From: Antechinus flavipes
Taxonomy: Eukaryota
Assembly: GCF_016432865.1 (NCBI RefSeq)
Contig: NC_067398.1
Location: 83,824,001-83,888,000, forward strand
DNA: 64,000 nucleotides
Direction of reading: 5' to 3'
Position 1 is the stretch's first letter, and each line of letters begins with the position of its first letter. Position numbers and translations under genes: made by a program. The notes under the pieces are model-generated. The model was given only the letters and a program-made list of their open reading frames with translations, was not told the DNA's origin and did not search any database. Shown piece by piece: positions 35,941 through 49,003 of this stretch.

Positions 35941-38900
35941 CATATTTCTAATCACCCCAGCATATTATCTCATTGGAGAGAGTATGGCATCCAGCCTGCA
36001 ACCTGTCATGTGACTTAGAGAGACTGGAAAATGAGGGGGTTTTGAGGGAAATGAGGGCAGATTTGAGGTAGAGAGGAAGGGGGAAACCTTTCCCCTTTTC
36101 TTTGAAAAAATTGGTAATGGGAATAGTCCAAGCAAAGTTTTCAACCTTTCTCCCTTTAAGTTGGATAGAGGAGAGAGGACTAAGCCTGGAGTCAGGAAGA
36201 TCCAAATGCCAGTGTGACCTGAGTGACCCAGGACAAGTCCTTAAACCCTGTTTACCTTAATTTTCTCATCTGTAAAATGAGGATAATAATTACAGACTGT
36301 TTGGGGACAAAATGAGATGATATTTGTAAGCTTTATCTACTTGCTAGCTATTATTAAGAAGAAAAGGGAGATGTTCTGCTAGATGTACAGAGCAAAACAT
36401 GGGAATTAGGATGGCTGGTCTTTACAAGATGATTTAAGATTTAGGAAGAGCACTCCGTTCTCTATCTCTTTTGAATGTTACCATGACCCCATCGGATAGA
36501 CACAATAGGCATTTTTTATCTCATTTACACAGATGAGGAAGTCATAACTCAGGGGGTTAAGTGACTTACTTGCCCACAGTCACAGAACTAGTAAGTGTCA
36601 GAACCAAGGTTTCTGACTCCAAGCCCGCTTTTCGATCTTGAATGTTGATGGGGGTGGGTGGAGGGAGTGACCCTCCAGTGACCCTCAGAGCCCCTCTGTG
36701 TCTCTAGCCAGACTGGGACTTTGCTCCTGCTGGGAGGGAGGCAGGAGGCTGGGGGTGACCTGTGTTGGTTTTGCAGTGACCCGGGACAGAAATCGATGGC
36801 TGAGAACATCCTGTTTAGAGAGAAGCTAGGAGGGTTGGCCCCATATTCCTTCATTTCCACCTCTGCCCTGATCCTTGTGGGAGGGCAGTAATAGGAGGAA
36901 GCCTGGCTCATATTATTCCTCTTCATCACCAATCCTAGATTCCAGAAATTTTCAGTCTATCTTCCCCGATGGGATGGCTTCCAGAACTTGGTCCTTAGGA
37001 GAGGTCTGGCACTAGACTTACCTCCCTAGAGGAAACAGAGACTGAGTCTTTGACTCCTGAAACATTAGTCCTGTGTTTGGCATTCAGGGCTCAAGATCAG
37101 CCTGCGGAGATGGGGGGGAGGGTCCAGGAGGGAGGATGGTGAGAAATCTAGTCAGGCTACCTCAGGCGCCAACCCCAGACAGAGGGACAAGAGGCCTTTG
37201 TCCCCAGAGCAGCCGGCTGGGGAAGATGCAGCACAAATCATTATTCCAGCCAGTGAGGTGGGGGTCACGGGGTGTCAGGGTTTGGCTACACATCTGGCGG
37301 GACTGACCTTAGGCTAAGTGTTTAGAGTTTAATATCTCAGAGCAGAGTGAGGGGACCCCCCCAGTGGTAGGAGGGCTCTCATGTCTGACCTCCCTCATGT
37401 GGGCTTCCTAGCTGGAGCAGGAGTTAGAGGCTCCTCCTGGGGTGGAGTTGAGGAGAATGGAGACATAGTAAACCAGGTCACAGCTCATAGGTGAAGGAGC
37501 TAGAAACATGATCCAGACTCATTCTGGAGCTAGGACCAGAGCCCATTCTAGACCCCATGCCAGAGCTCATTCTGGATCCAGATTCTGGATTATAAGAGCT
37601 CCTTCTGGAATCAAGTCTGGGGAATTCTAATTCTAGGGATAGGTAAGGGTTCAGCCTTGAATTAGGGTTAGAGCTGAGCCTAATGCTGGGGCCAGTTTCT
37701 CTGAACTTTTTTTTTTCTCTTTCCTTTCCTTTTCAAGTCCTAATGAATTCTCCTGAATTCCCCCTGTAGCTGATGCTAGGCCATACATCCCCAAGGATGG
37801 TCCCTGGATTTGAAAAGAAGGGAGAAGGTTATATTAGTGAGATGCTGTCTTGTTAGATGGTAAAACTTTATAGATGATGAGAGCCATTAGCTGATAGGAG
37901 TGATTAAAGGTGGTTATGGACTCTCTGTGCCATTTGACAAAGGATTGATTTCCTTCCTCATCCCATGCTACAATGCCCTGGGTCTGGTGTGGCCCTCAAT
38001 TCCATCAATCTTGAGGAAGGGGGAGCCTGTGAGACTCTGCATCTTCCAGGAAAGGGGACAGGACTTTCCCAAGTTCACACTCCACTACCTCTTCTCCCAT
38101 CATGCTATCTCAATTCTTTCAGTTTATATGGTTTTGAAGTCTTAAGAGTGAGGATGGAAAGAGGGAAACTTCAGAAGCCCATCAGAGCTTCTAGGGTGGG
38201 AGGGAAGGGGGGATCTGACATCTTTTAGCAGCAAATGACTGTGTTCCATGCTGAGGATCACAGATTCACTGGGAATCTATGAGAGGACTAATCAGGAAAA
38301 GAATTGGAGGCCCAAACACCTAGCTTTTCCCTCTTTCTCTTTTTCCTCTCCTACCTTACCATTTCTACCTCTAGGCTAAATTACAGTTTACTCAACATTT
38401 TCCTTTGCTGTGCTCATTGAATCTTCACATTATCCCCAGATAGCAGGCAGACAGACAAAACCATCCCCATCTTACAGATTGGGAAACTGAGACTGAGAGA
38501 GGGGAGGCAGTCACTCGCTAGTAAGTAATAGAAGTCAGACTGTATCCAAATTTTCTAACTCCCTATTACTTATCAGACAAAATGTAGAACTCCTCAGTCT
38601 GACATTTAAAGGCCTTTAGAGGATGGCTTCAGCCCAACCTTTCCAGGGAACTGATATGTATGTAAGTATGGAAAGGTTGGTTGAAAGAGGGGAAAGGAAT
38701 GAGTACTGAAATAGCACCTAGTATGTGCCAGGCACTGTGCTAAGCCCTCTACAAGTGTGATCCCATTTGTTCCTTACAATAATCCCGTCGGGTAGGTGCA
38801 GGTATCATCCTCACTCTATAATTGGGGAAATTGGGGCAAATAGGATAAAATTACTTCCCCAATAGTAAATGTCTGAGGCCATATTTGAACTCCTGGAGAT

Positions 38901-40647
38901 AAATCTTCCTAATTCCAGGCCTGGTGCTGTAAACCACTGTTCCACCTAGCTTCCCTATCCACTCTGTAGAGGTTAATCAGTTCAGCCAACAAACATTTAT
39001 TAAACACTTAATAATAGCAAGCCAAACACTTGCTAAATATGGGAAATCCAAAGAGAGAGAGAGAAAAAAAACACCATGGTCTTGCCCTCAAGGAGCTCAT
39101 CTTTTAATAAGTGAAACAACAGGCAAAGAAACAACTATGTATCTACAAAATAAAGACAATGTAAAAGGGAGGAATCTTAAAGCAAAGTCAGCTGAGAATT
39201 TAGATTTCTTTCTACTTCTCCTTTCTACCTCACTTCTGTTTGCTCCATGGGGGTTGGAGGAGGGCTGCTGCTTTCTGGCACTTTGCCTCAGTTTATAATT
39301 CTGAAAAAAAATGGAAATGAAGCCCCCTAGAAAGGATCCTGCTAAGAGACATTTGCCTGAAAGAAGCAGGAATATTCCATCTTCCAAGAATTGAGGACTC
39401 AGCCCAGTCTTGACTAGATCTGGTATGATCTAGTAAGGCAATAGCAGAGCAGAGAAAAGGTAGCAGGAAGGAGACATGGACCCTTCTTTCAAGTTCCACC
39501 TCCTTGAGCTTTCCAGTCCCTAATGACCAACTTTTCCTGAAGCTCCATCCAGCAATATGAGCCTGAAGCAAAGAGGACCTGGGGCTGTTCTCCCTCTGTG
39601 TCCTCCAAAACTCAGAAGGCTGTCTCCTCTCCCTCCCTTTCTGCCCCCTCTTCCCAGCCCATAGAGAGAACTGGCCAAGGGGATCCCTGCCGCAGCCCAC
39701 TGTCTGACCGCAGCCCACTGAGGCATGCTGACCATCCGGATAGCACTTTAGAGTATTAATAACTAATAACCATGCTTAGGCAGAAGACTAAAAATACCCC
39801 GGACAGCCCTTTTGAGCCACCGCAGCCGCTCAGGCTCCGCTCCGATAAGCCTCTTTATTAATATTAAGTCCCATCAACAGTGGCTAATAACACTAAGAGC
39901 TTCAAGGGCTACCCTGGCTAAACAAAGCCTGTGCTTGCAACCTGCTCACTCATCACCTGCTTGGCACCTCACGGGCACCGCTCAGCATGGAAGCAGGAGC
40001 ACCAAGGGGAGAGGATTCGGGAGGGAGGATCGCCAGTGCTGAGGGACACGGGAGGAAGGAGGGGGCCGGGCTACTCAATAACCTCGCTCTGCTTAGAATG
40101 AGAAGGGCTCTATTTCAAAAGACAAGACAGGATGTTTATTATTCATAAAACTGGCTAGGAAGAAGTAGTATGGTTTAATGTACAGAGCACTGGATCTGGA
40201 GTCAAGAAGTGCTAGGTTCAAATCTCCCTTTGGCATTTCCCAGATGTCTGGCCACGGCTAAGTGTCTATGTGCCTCAGCCAGCCCTCTATAATTTATGTA
40301 CAAGTCATAGGGAGGTTGGGGATTCCTTCCTGAGGAATTACTTCATAAGGAACTTAAAATCCTCATTTCATATATGAGGAAACTAAGGCACAGGAAAGTT
40401 ACTAATTTGTCTAAGTCACCGAGAAAGAAGTGTCAGTGGCAGGATGTGAACTTAGCTCCTATTTCTCAAAGGCTGCTTTATTCAACTCCTACTTGTCAAG
40501 TTAGCAAAGAGGACATAAAATGGAAATGACTAGTGTTGGAGGGATTATAGAGAGACAGGCAGAGTATATATGCATATATACAAGTGGTAAGTAAAGCTAT
40601 GAATTGATCCAACCACTCTGGAAAGCAGTGCTAAGAAAGTGACTAAA

Positions 40648-40762
40648 GGGGCAGCTAGATAGTACAGTAGATAGACCTCCCTGGAGTCAAGAGAGCCTGA
40701 GTTCAAATATGGCCTCAGACACAACACTTCCTAGCTGGGTGACCTTGGGCAAATCCCTAGCC
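40648..40762 (+). mobile_element. WSINE1-like SINE, 3'-truncated
   Basis: GGGGCAGCTAG...GAGTTCAAATATGGCCTCAGACACAACACTTCCTAGCTGGGTGACCTTGGGCAA. Confidence 0.75.
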
Positions 40763-40929
40763 ATATTGTGGAGGCTTCTAAATTGATTGGCGATCAGTTC
40801 AGCCAATAAGCATTTGTAAAGCACTTAATATGAGCCAAACACCTTGCTAGGTATGGGAGATCCAAAGCAAGAAACCAAATGCCTCACAAAAAAACAAGCA
40901 AACCAACAAAAACCACAAAGAAAGTAACT

Positions 40930-41690
40930 AAAATGCCCATATTCTCTGACAGAGATATTTTGTGCTAGGCAAATGTCCCAAGGATATCAAGGAAAGGTCC
41001 ACACATGCCAAAATTTTTATAGCAGCACTTTTTGTGGTAAGAACGGGCTGGAAAGAAACCCCCACTAATTGGGGGAATGGATCAACAAATATAATTCTGA
41101 AGCAAGTAATTGGTGTAATGGATAGAGTACAAGCCCTGAAGTCAGGAGGATCTGAGTTCAAATATGACCTCAGACACTTGACATTTCCTAGCTGTGGCAA
41201 GTCACTCAACTCCAATTGCCTCAGCAAAAAATAAAAATAAAAATAAACTATGATTCCTGAATGCAATGGAATATAGCATGAAATGGAAATAGATTCAGAA
41301 TAACACAAGACAATTTGTATGAACTGATGCAGAATAAAGTATGCAGAACCAGAAAACCAATATACATAATGACTAAAACAATTCTCTATACTGGCTAATT
41401 AGAAATGTAACAGCAACACAATCAAAGCTAAAGGTAGGAAATTTTGTTGATGAAGCTCAGTCCCGGGAAGACCTAAGAAAACACACCTCCCTTCTTTGCA
41501 GAGGTGGAGGATTACTGGTGTGGAAGGTCGCATACACTACCGGACTCATTTGATGAAGCAGTAAATTTTGCTGGATGGCTTTCTTCTTTTTTCCCAACTT
41601 TTAATTCTTTGTTAAAAAGAATGACTCTCTGGGTAGGGAAGAGATGAGATGTGTGTTCAGAATGAAGTTAATGTAAAAACAAAAGATACC
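40930..41690 (+). mobile_element. Older L1 ORF2-end/3' UTR fragment interrupted by a WSINE1-like SINE (~41099-41248)
   Basis: The ORF at 40962 reads CPKDIKERSTHAKIFIAALFVVRTGWKETPTNWG (degenerate L1 ORF2 C-terminus), then SINE sequence with an A-rich tail, then L1 resumes (AATGCAATGGAATAT...GAACTGATGCAGAAT). Confidence 0.75.
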
Positions 41691-41959
41691 TATCAACCTA
41701 GTCCAAACTTTACAACCATAAACTATACCATTCAGTAGACAAAAATTTTTAGTAATCTCCATGTGACATTATAACTCTTCTTTTATAATTTGTCACAGAG
41801 AGGACAGCTAGTGCCAGAAGTGGGTTTTGACTTTAGGTCTTCCTAATTCCAATTTGGAAGATGCCTTCCAAAGCAGGCATCTGCTTTATTATCTTGACTC
41901 CTCCCACATAGGGTTCTATCACTGTTGCTGTTTTTGAGGTTATTATTATTGTTTTAGTG

Positions 41960-42178
41960 TTGATAGTAGATCAAATAGATAGAGTGTTGGCCAGTAGCCT
42001 CAGATACTTACTACTTAATCTCTGTTTACCTCAGTTTCTTCTTCTGTAAAATGGGGATAATTATGGCATCTGTCTCACAGGGTAGTTGTGAGGATCGAAT
42101 GAGATCATTCTAAAGTTCTTAGCAGAGTGCATGGCATATAGTAGGTGCTATGTAAATGTTAGATATTATTATTATCAT
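41960..42178 (+). mobile_element. MIR
   Basis: CCTCAGTTTCTTCTTCTGTAAAATGGGGATAAT...GGTAGTTGTGAGGAT...TAGTAGGTGCTATGTAAATGTTAGATATTATTATT. Many other MIR fragments are scattered across the window and are not listed individually. Confidence 0.75.
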
Positions 42179-44900
42179 AGTTAATGTATATATCCTTTTT
42201 TGTTTATTCTTTCTTCACTCAATATCACTTCATAGGTCTTCCCGTATTTCTTTGTAATCTCCAAATTTGTGGCTCCTAGAAGCATAATAATATCCTTTTA
42301 ACACTTTGTCCGTGGACTCAGAAGGACCCAATTTTCCACAGAAAAGATGAATCATCCCCCCAAAAGCCCACCTCCTCCTCCCTGCCATGAAAGTGCCAAG
42401 GAGACGAGCCCAGGTGCCCGGCTCGCTTTCAAGACTGCTGGCACCATGGTGGACTCCAGAGGGGAAACTCTGATAGGCCAGAGCCCCCGGCCTAGACTTA
42501 ATTATTTTCAACGTGGAGCTAATCAGGTCATTCCTTGTGAAAAGAATGGATCTGAGATCCCAGGAAGGGGACACTGGTCGGTGATGAAGGCAAGTTTGGA
42601 GGGAATGAGGGCAGATGATTCGGGAAAATGTGAAAGGAAATGGAAGTAATTAGGAGCAAGGCAGGATCTTGTGGGGTAGGGAAGTGGGGGGGACCCATCT
42701 GTACTGATTGGTAGCCCCATTATACAGATAATAACAATAGCAGGCATTTATACAGGGCCCGAGGGTTGCAAAACACTTCACCTAAATTATTTTAGTGCAG
42801 TAAGAAAGAGCTGCTATTATTCCAATTACAGATAAGGGGAGTTCAAAGTTCCTGAAGAACTTCATATACATGACCTCACTTTACTCTCAATACAACCTAG
42901 GTACCATTAAGCCTTACCATGCCCATTTTACAGATAAGAAAACTGAGGTTGAAGAGAAATCCTAAGTGCCTTAGAGTTTTCTAGCATTCTCTATACTCCA
43001 GATACCTCTCAAGATAAGGAAACTAAGACTCCAGAAGAGTAAATCAGGAGGCACCATGGAGTAATAGAGCCAATTCTGGTTTAGGAATTGAGGAATTTAG
43101 GTTTATAGACGTGACTCTGGTCCCAAATTCTTTGTTCCTTTTAGCTAAGTTTCATTTACTCTCTGATCCTCAGTTTTCCCATCTGTAAGATAAGTTGGAT
43201 TTGACCACAAAAATCATAGATTTAAGTCTGGAAGGGACTTTAGAAGATTTAGTCCAATGAGGAAACCAAGCTGAGAAGGGGAACTTTGCCCAAGTTCCTT
43301 GGGTAATAAAGGGCAGAATTATCAGTCAACATATCTTTTCTTGGTGAAACAAATCAGACTTAAGTGACTTGTCCAGGATCACACAGCTAGTAAATGAGTC
43401 TGGATTTGAACTCAGAACAGCCTGACTTCAGGCTCAGTGCTTCTAGCTGCCCTCTCAGCTAACATTTGCCAGACATTGTGCTAAGTGCTGGGACTATAGT
43501 AAGCAAACACTTGCACCTGGATTCTCTGGTCAAATCTTGTACCTTTTTATTATTCCCACACAGTCTCCTATGACCTCCATGAGCTCTTTGGACTCCAGTT
43601 CTGAAGGTTTACATTTTAAGGACTTTCTCAGCCTTTCTGTTTGTTTGTTTTCCACATTTGCCCAAAGTCCCATAAAACATCGGGGCAGAGCTGGAACTCT
43701 ATCTACTGAGTCCAAATCAGCCACTTAATTATTAGCTTTCCTAAACGTTCTGTGTGCCCAGCCCTGTGTTCCGCACCTCAGGAAGGGGCAGCCAGGAGAG
43801 AGCACAAGACAGACCAGGGGAACTGTAGGCACTATTGGAGAGCTCCCAACTAAGGGAGGCAGGACACCCCAGAGAGACTACGAGTGGGTTTGGGTGCCCC
43901 TGGGAAGGAGAGCGTGGGGAAGCCAGGACTGCTTCCTTGAGGAGGCTGGCATTGAGCTGGGTCTCATCGGGCACACCGGAGAAGGAGGCATATTGGAGCT
44001 GGGTAAAGAACTGCATTTGGAGAGGTTTGGGTTCATTATCAAAGGACTAAATTGTTAAAGGTAGAATGTCAGGGGAAAGTATTTTGGGGAGAAAGAAGAG
44101 GTCACAAGCATTAAACCAGGATGTAAAGGTCTTTTTCTGCAGGTTCCCCTCTAGCTTTTCTCTATCTCCCCCCCAAATCCTTCCGCTTTTCATCTCAGCT
44201 TTGAGGGGGAGGCCAAAAGGATGCCACAGTGGTCCCAGGGAGGCAGTGGTTGGCAGCGATCTATCAGGGGCAGGGATGTATGAAGCCCTCCAGTCGGCTC
44301 AGCGGGGTGGCAGCCGAGAAATCTAATTGAATTGTACTAACATCATTAATCCGCAGGGCCCCAGAGGAGGGAGGCATCTAAATTGGCATCAGGATACATG
44401 CCGAATCACTCCTGCCGTTTAAGTGGTTACAGCCCTCTCTCGTTACAAATGAGGGCATTCTGGCTGGGGGCCAGGACGCCTGAGTTCTGCTCCTCGCTGG
44501 GCCTCTAGATCGCTGGGCCGCTTTGTGTCATGAGCCTACCCTCTCTGCACCTCTGGGTTCTCTGCGCTTTGCTGAGAGGGGGATGGGGAGCCTGGGAGGA
44601 CTGGGGTGGAGGGAGGCAGGAAGGGGGGAGGCACAAGGCAGAGCTCGAGGTTGGTTTGGGTTTTGTTGATGGGGATTTTATTTCCAAACAACTCTGGGGA
44701 GTGGTGGGCAAAGCACTGTGGTTTGGTCAGGGGGGATCAACTTGAGGAACTTGGCTGCCCTTAACAATAACCCCATTGAATGAGTTTAGGAGGCTCTGGG
44801 GGCCCTGACCCCAGTACGGGCAGAAACCTGGTCTCTGGCTCCTGAATGAACCCTTCCGGAGGATCTCCCTGCCTTTTCCTTTATTAGAAGAGCTTCACAA

Positions 44901-45604
44901 TGCATACCCTTTGATCCAGCAGTGTTTCTACTGGGCTTATACCCCAAAGAAATACTAAAGAAAGGAAAGGGACCTGTATGTGCCAAAATGTTTGTGGCAG
45001 CCCTGTTTGTAGTGGCTAGAAGCTGGAAAATGAAAGGATGCCCATCAATTGGAGAATGGTTGAGTAAATTGTGGTATATGAACATTATGGAATATTATTG
45101 TTCTGTAAGGAATGACCAGCAGGATGAATACAGAGAGGACTAGCGAGACTTACATGAACTGATGCTGAGTGAAATGAGCAGGACCAGGAGATCATTATAT
45201 ACCTCAACAACGATACTGTTTTAGGATGTATTCTGATGGAAGTGGATCTCTTTGATAAAGAGAGCCTTAATTGATCAAAGATGGACAGAAGCAGCTACAC
45301 CCAGAGAAAGAACACTGGGAAATGAATATAAACTGCTTGCATTTTTGTTTTTCTTCCCGGGTTATTTATACCTTCTGAATTCAATTCTCCCTGTGCAACA
45401 AGAAAACTGTTCGGTTCTGCACACATATATTGTATCCAGGATGTAGTGTAACCTATTCAACATGTAAAGGACTGCTTGCCATCTGGGGGAAGGGGTAGAG
45501 GGAGGGAGGGGAAAAATTGGAACAGAAGTGAATGCAAGGGATAATGCTGTAAAAAATTACCCTGGCATGCTTTCTATCAATAAAAAGTTATTTAAAAAAA
45601 AAAA
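44901..45604 (+). mobile_element. Young 5'-truncated L1 (ORF2 C-terminus, 3' UTR, poly-A)
   Basis: Frame from 44901 reads CIPFDPAVFLLGLYPKEILKKGKGPVCAKMFVAALFVVARSWKMKGCPSIGEWLSKLWYMNIMEYY...RED*RDLHELMLSEMSRTRR (L1 ORF2 C-terminus with nonsense changes). AATAAA at 45579-45584; perfect 15-bp TSD AGAAGAGCTTCACAA at 44886-44900 and 45605-45619. Confidence 0.93.
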
Positions 45605-48600
45605 AGAAGAGCTTCACAAAACACTTTACTTACATTATCTCCCTTCATCTATCAACAATTCTGTAAGGTAGGGGCTATTATTATTCCTATTTTACAGATG
45701 GGGAAATCGAGTCACAGATAGGTCATGATTTAGGGCTACACAGCTAGTAAATGTCTAAGGCTAGATTTGAACTCATCTCTTTCCGACCCTCTTCTGAACC
45801 CTCTTAGCTGAGCATCTCTTAGCTGCCCATTTCTATACTCCTTCATCCCCATGCTTAGGAAGGAGAATACAGAGCCCCGTGTAGAGACATAACAAGAATT
45901 AGAAGGTACAGCCACTTTGGGAAATGGTACTCCCCCACCCCTGACCCCCCCAGGCTCCAGGGGAGCCCTGTCCTAGCTTAGTGAGGCGAATGTTTTCTTC
46001 AGGAAAGAGGACACAACAATGAGGTGGAGAACTCAGCAGGCAGTGCTCTCTCTGCTATGAGAGGTAATATCAGAAACCTAATGACCAATGGCCAGGGGTG
46101 TTACAGAGAAGATTCCTTTTCAAGCAAAGATTCAGAATAGATGTACTCCTCTATAAGCTTTTCTCTTTGAGCTGGTAGTATAATTCGGTCAAAAGAATGC
46201 CAAAGTTTGGAGTCCGGGGACCTGGATTCAAATCTCAGCTCTACTACCTCATTAGTTGAGTGACTTTGGGCAAGAGATTCCATTGCTGTGGGTCTCACTT
46301 TATTCATCTGCAAAATGATGGTTTGAGGGTAGACTAGAAGACCTCTCGGTTCCCTTCCAACTTTAAATTCTGTGAATCAGTGATTCTGCATCCACACCCT
46401 TGGCTACATTTCCCTCTAAAGTTGCTTTGTTCTTGGCAGCAAAAAAGGTGTTCTCCCCCCACCCTCACCCCCACCCCCACCCATCTTTCTGTTTTGGCCC
46501 TGGAAGGGATAGGGCTGGTGCTATGCCATATTTTCCCAAACTTCTCCGGGTGCCCATATGGGCGCCACATTCCAGTGTCTGGGTGAGAGCCTCAGGGGGA
46601 CGAGGGACCTCATTCTCCTAATCCAGCTCTCAGCCTCTCAGAGACCCATTCAGGTCAGGCTCAAAGTCCAGCATCCAAGGATCAGGGTTCTGAGCTTCGG
46701 TTCTGGCCAAGTTCTTTCTACCCTCAAAGCCCACAGGGCAGAGACCCCACCCTCCCCTTTTGAGTGACTGGTTGTTTAGTCTTGAATACGAGGGCAAGCT
46801 CTAACAGGGCCTTTATTTCCCAGGAGGAAGGGAGAAAGAACAGGGAGATCAAGGGATAAAGGGAGTGAAGGAAAGGAGGAGACGAGAATGGTTTAATATC
46901 TACAAATCAAAAATGCCTTCATGGGACTCCAAGGGTCATCTCGCCCATCCTCCTGCCTCCATGAGTTAACCCTCTCAAACATGTCAGTACTAGTAGGGTA
47001 GAAGAGACATTCCTGTCCCTAAAAGCTCTCTTAGCAGAGCAAAAAGAGCGTTGGACAGAGTGTGGATACCTGGGCTTGTGTCCCAGTTCTGCCATTGACT
47101 ATATGATCTTTCCCCTTCTAGACCTTAAATTTTTCTTTCTGCAAAATGTGAGCTTTGAACTCTTTACTCTCTAAAGACCCTTGTAGTTTTGGGGTTTCTG
47201 ATTCCACATCCAATGGAATCCAGTGATTCCCCTTAATATTACAGATGAGGAAATTTAAGATCCAAGCATATGACTGGAGTCACACAGCGAGGAGGTAGCA
47301 GATTTGGAGATTTGAGTCCAGGTCTCCTGAATTGTAACCTAGTCATCTTTCTATGATACTATAATCCCTTTCATTATGAGGACCAAGATAGATCTCTAAA
47401 AGTGCTCTCAAGCTTCTGAATAATGGTGGACTTTCAGTGGAATCTTCACATTGCACTTCATAAATTCCCTTCATCAACCCACCCATCCCCTCTCTCTTCT
47501 GACCTTGGAAGAAACTGACATCTAGAATAAGAACTAGCCCCACTCCAAGGTGGGGGTGGAGTGGGGATGGAAGACAAGGGACTCAGAAGGGAGCTGCTCA
47601 GCCAGCCAGTTCTGAACCCCAATGTCTCCATACCTATTCCAGAAGAAGGTTGCCTATACCCCTTCCAGTCTCAGGAACACATTCCTCATTTCAGTCAGGT
47701 GAGCTCAAGATAGAACCATTCCTTCTGCTCTATTCTAGCATTTCCCATTATAAGAATTTGTGTCCCATCAGGTTTGGAAGCAGGAGACTCAGGCTTCCAT
47801 TCCTGCTCAACTGGTGACTAGCTATGGGAAGACACTTTTCTTTACCTCCTTTCCTCAGAATAAAGAGTTTTAGGATTAGAATGACCTCAGAGGCTACCCA
47901 ATTTCAACTTGTCTCTGATCAAGAATACTCCCTAGAATTTGTTGGGACTGTTGTAGGGGATGATTCTTGCTCAAATACAGGATGGACCAGGTGACTCTGA
48001 CACTGAGAGTCTGAGGTCCCTCACAAGTGCTCATCCAGTTTCTACTCAAAGACCTCCAATATACATACATACATACATATCTATATATCTATATGTTCCT
48101 TTGTGATTTCCAACCATTGGTCATTGAACTTTTCTTCATCAAACATCTGTTAAGCATCTATGGGTGGATCATGCTCAAGAAAGGAAGATATACCAGACTT
48201 AGTCCTATTCCTTATAGTCTGGTTGTGGGTGGGGGAACAAAACACAAGTATTCATAGCAATAATGTACAATATTATTTCTCAGGAAAATGAAGAGCTTAA
48301 ACTAGATGGTCTCTAAGGTAAAATCCAAGTCTAAATCCCATAGTCCTTTTGTCTGTATGACATAGCTTATGGAGAAGTTCACCCAACTCAAGGCAGGTAG
48401 GAATACTGTGTCTCAGCCTACCCATGTACTCTCCTCCTCTTTCTCAAAGATGCTATAGACAGTGAAAGCATCGTCTGTCTTGCCAGGAACACTTTCTTCT
48501 TATTGACTGGATTTGTCCCTATTTCCATTTGTGGCAGAGGGTTGGGCCACCTCTGCAAAGAAGGGGATGAAAGGCATTTTCTCAGCTTTCCTCCAAGGCC

Positions 48601-48924
48601 AATTTTAGTCATTGTAATAGTACAGCCTTAATTATGTCAGCTTTGAGATTCTTTCCATTATAAGGTTATAATATTATATATAGACCCCTTTCCTAAGTCT
48701 GCTTACTTTATTCTCTATCCATTTATATATTCTTCCGGTGCCTCTCAGAATTCTTCCTATCATTGTTTCTGACTGGATGATAACTCATTGAATCCATGTG
48801 TCCTTTCTGGGTATCATACTGGTACTAGCCTTTAGAGAGCTCCATAGTCTGACTAATCTGCCTTTTGAACTTTTCCTTATCTTTTCCTTCATGTATTTAT
48901 ATTCCAGGAAAACTAGACTTCTTT

Positions 48925-49003
48925 ATTTCTTTTTTTCTGAGGTCACATTTGAACTCCTGACTTCAGGGCTGGTGCTCTATCCATTGAGCCACCTAGCTAC
49001 TCC
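48925..49003 (-). mobile_element. Internally deleted WSINE1-like SINE
   Basis: The 5' half of the SINE is joined directly to the A tail (deletion between two CCTCAG motifs); TSD GACTTCTTT at 48916-48924 and 49007-49015. Confidence 0.7.

Noticed and set aside
37513-37608. Palindromic repeat array as a CRISPR-like locus
   Set aside because: Eukaryotic context, degenerate variable units, no constant-length unique spacers, no cas genes.
39800-39810. GGACAGCCC resembling the right half of RE1/NRSE
   Set aside because: No TTCAGCACC left half at the proper spacing.
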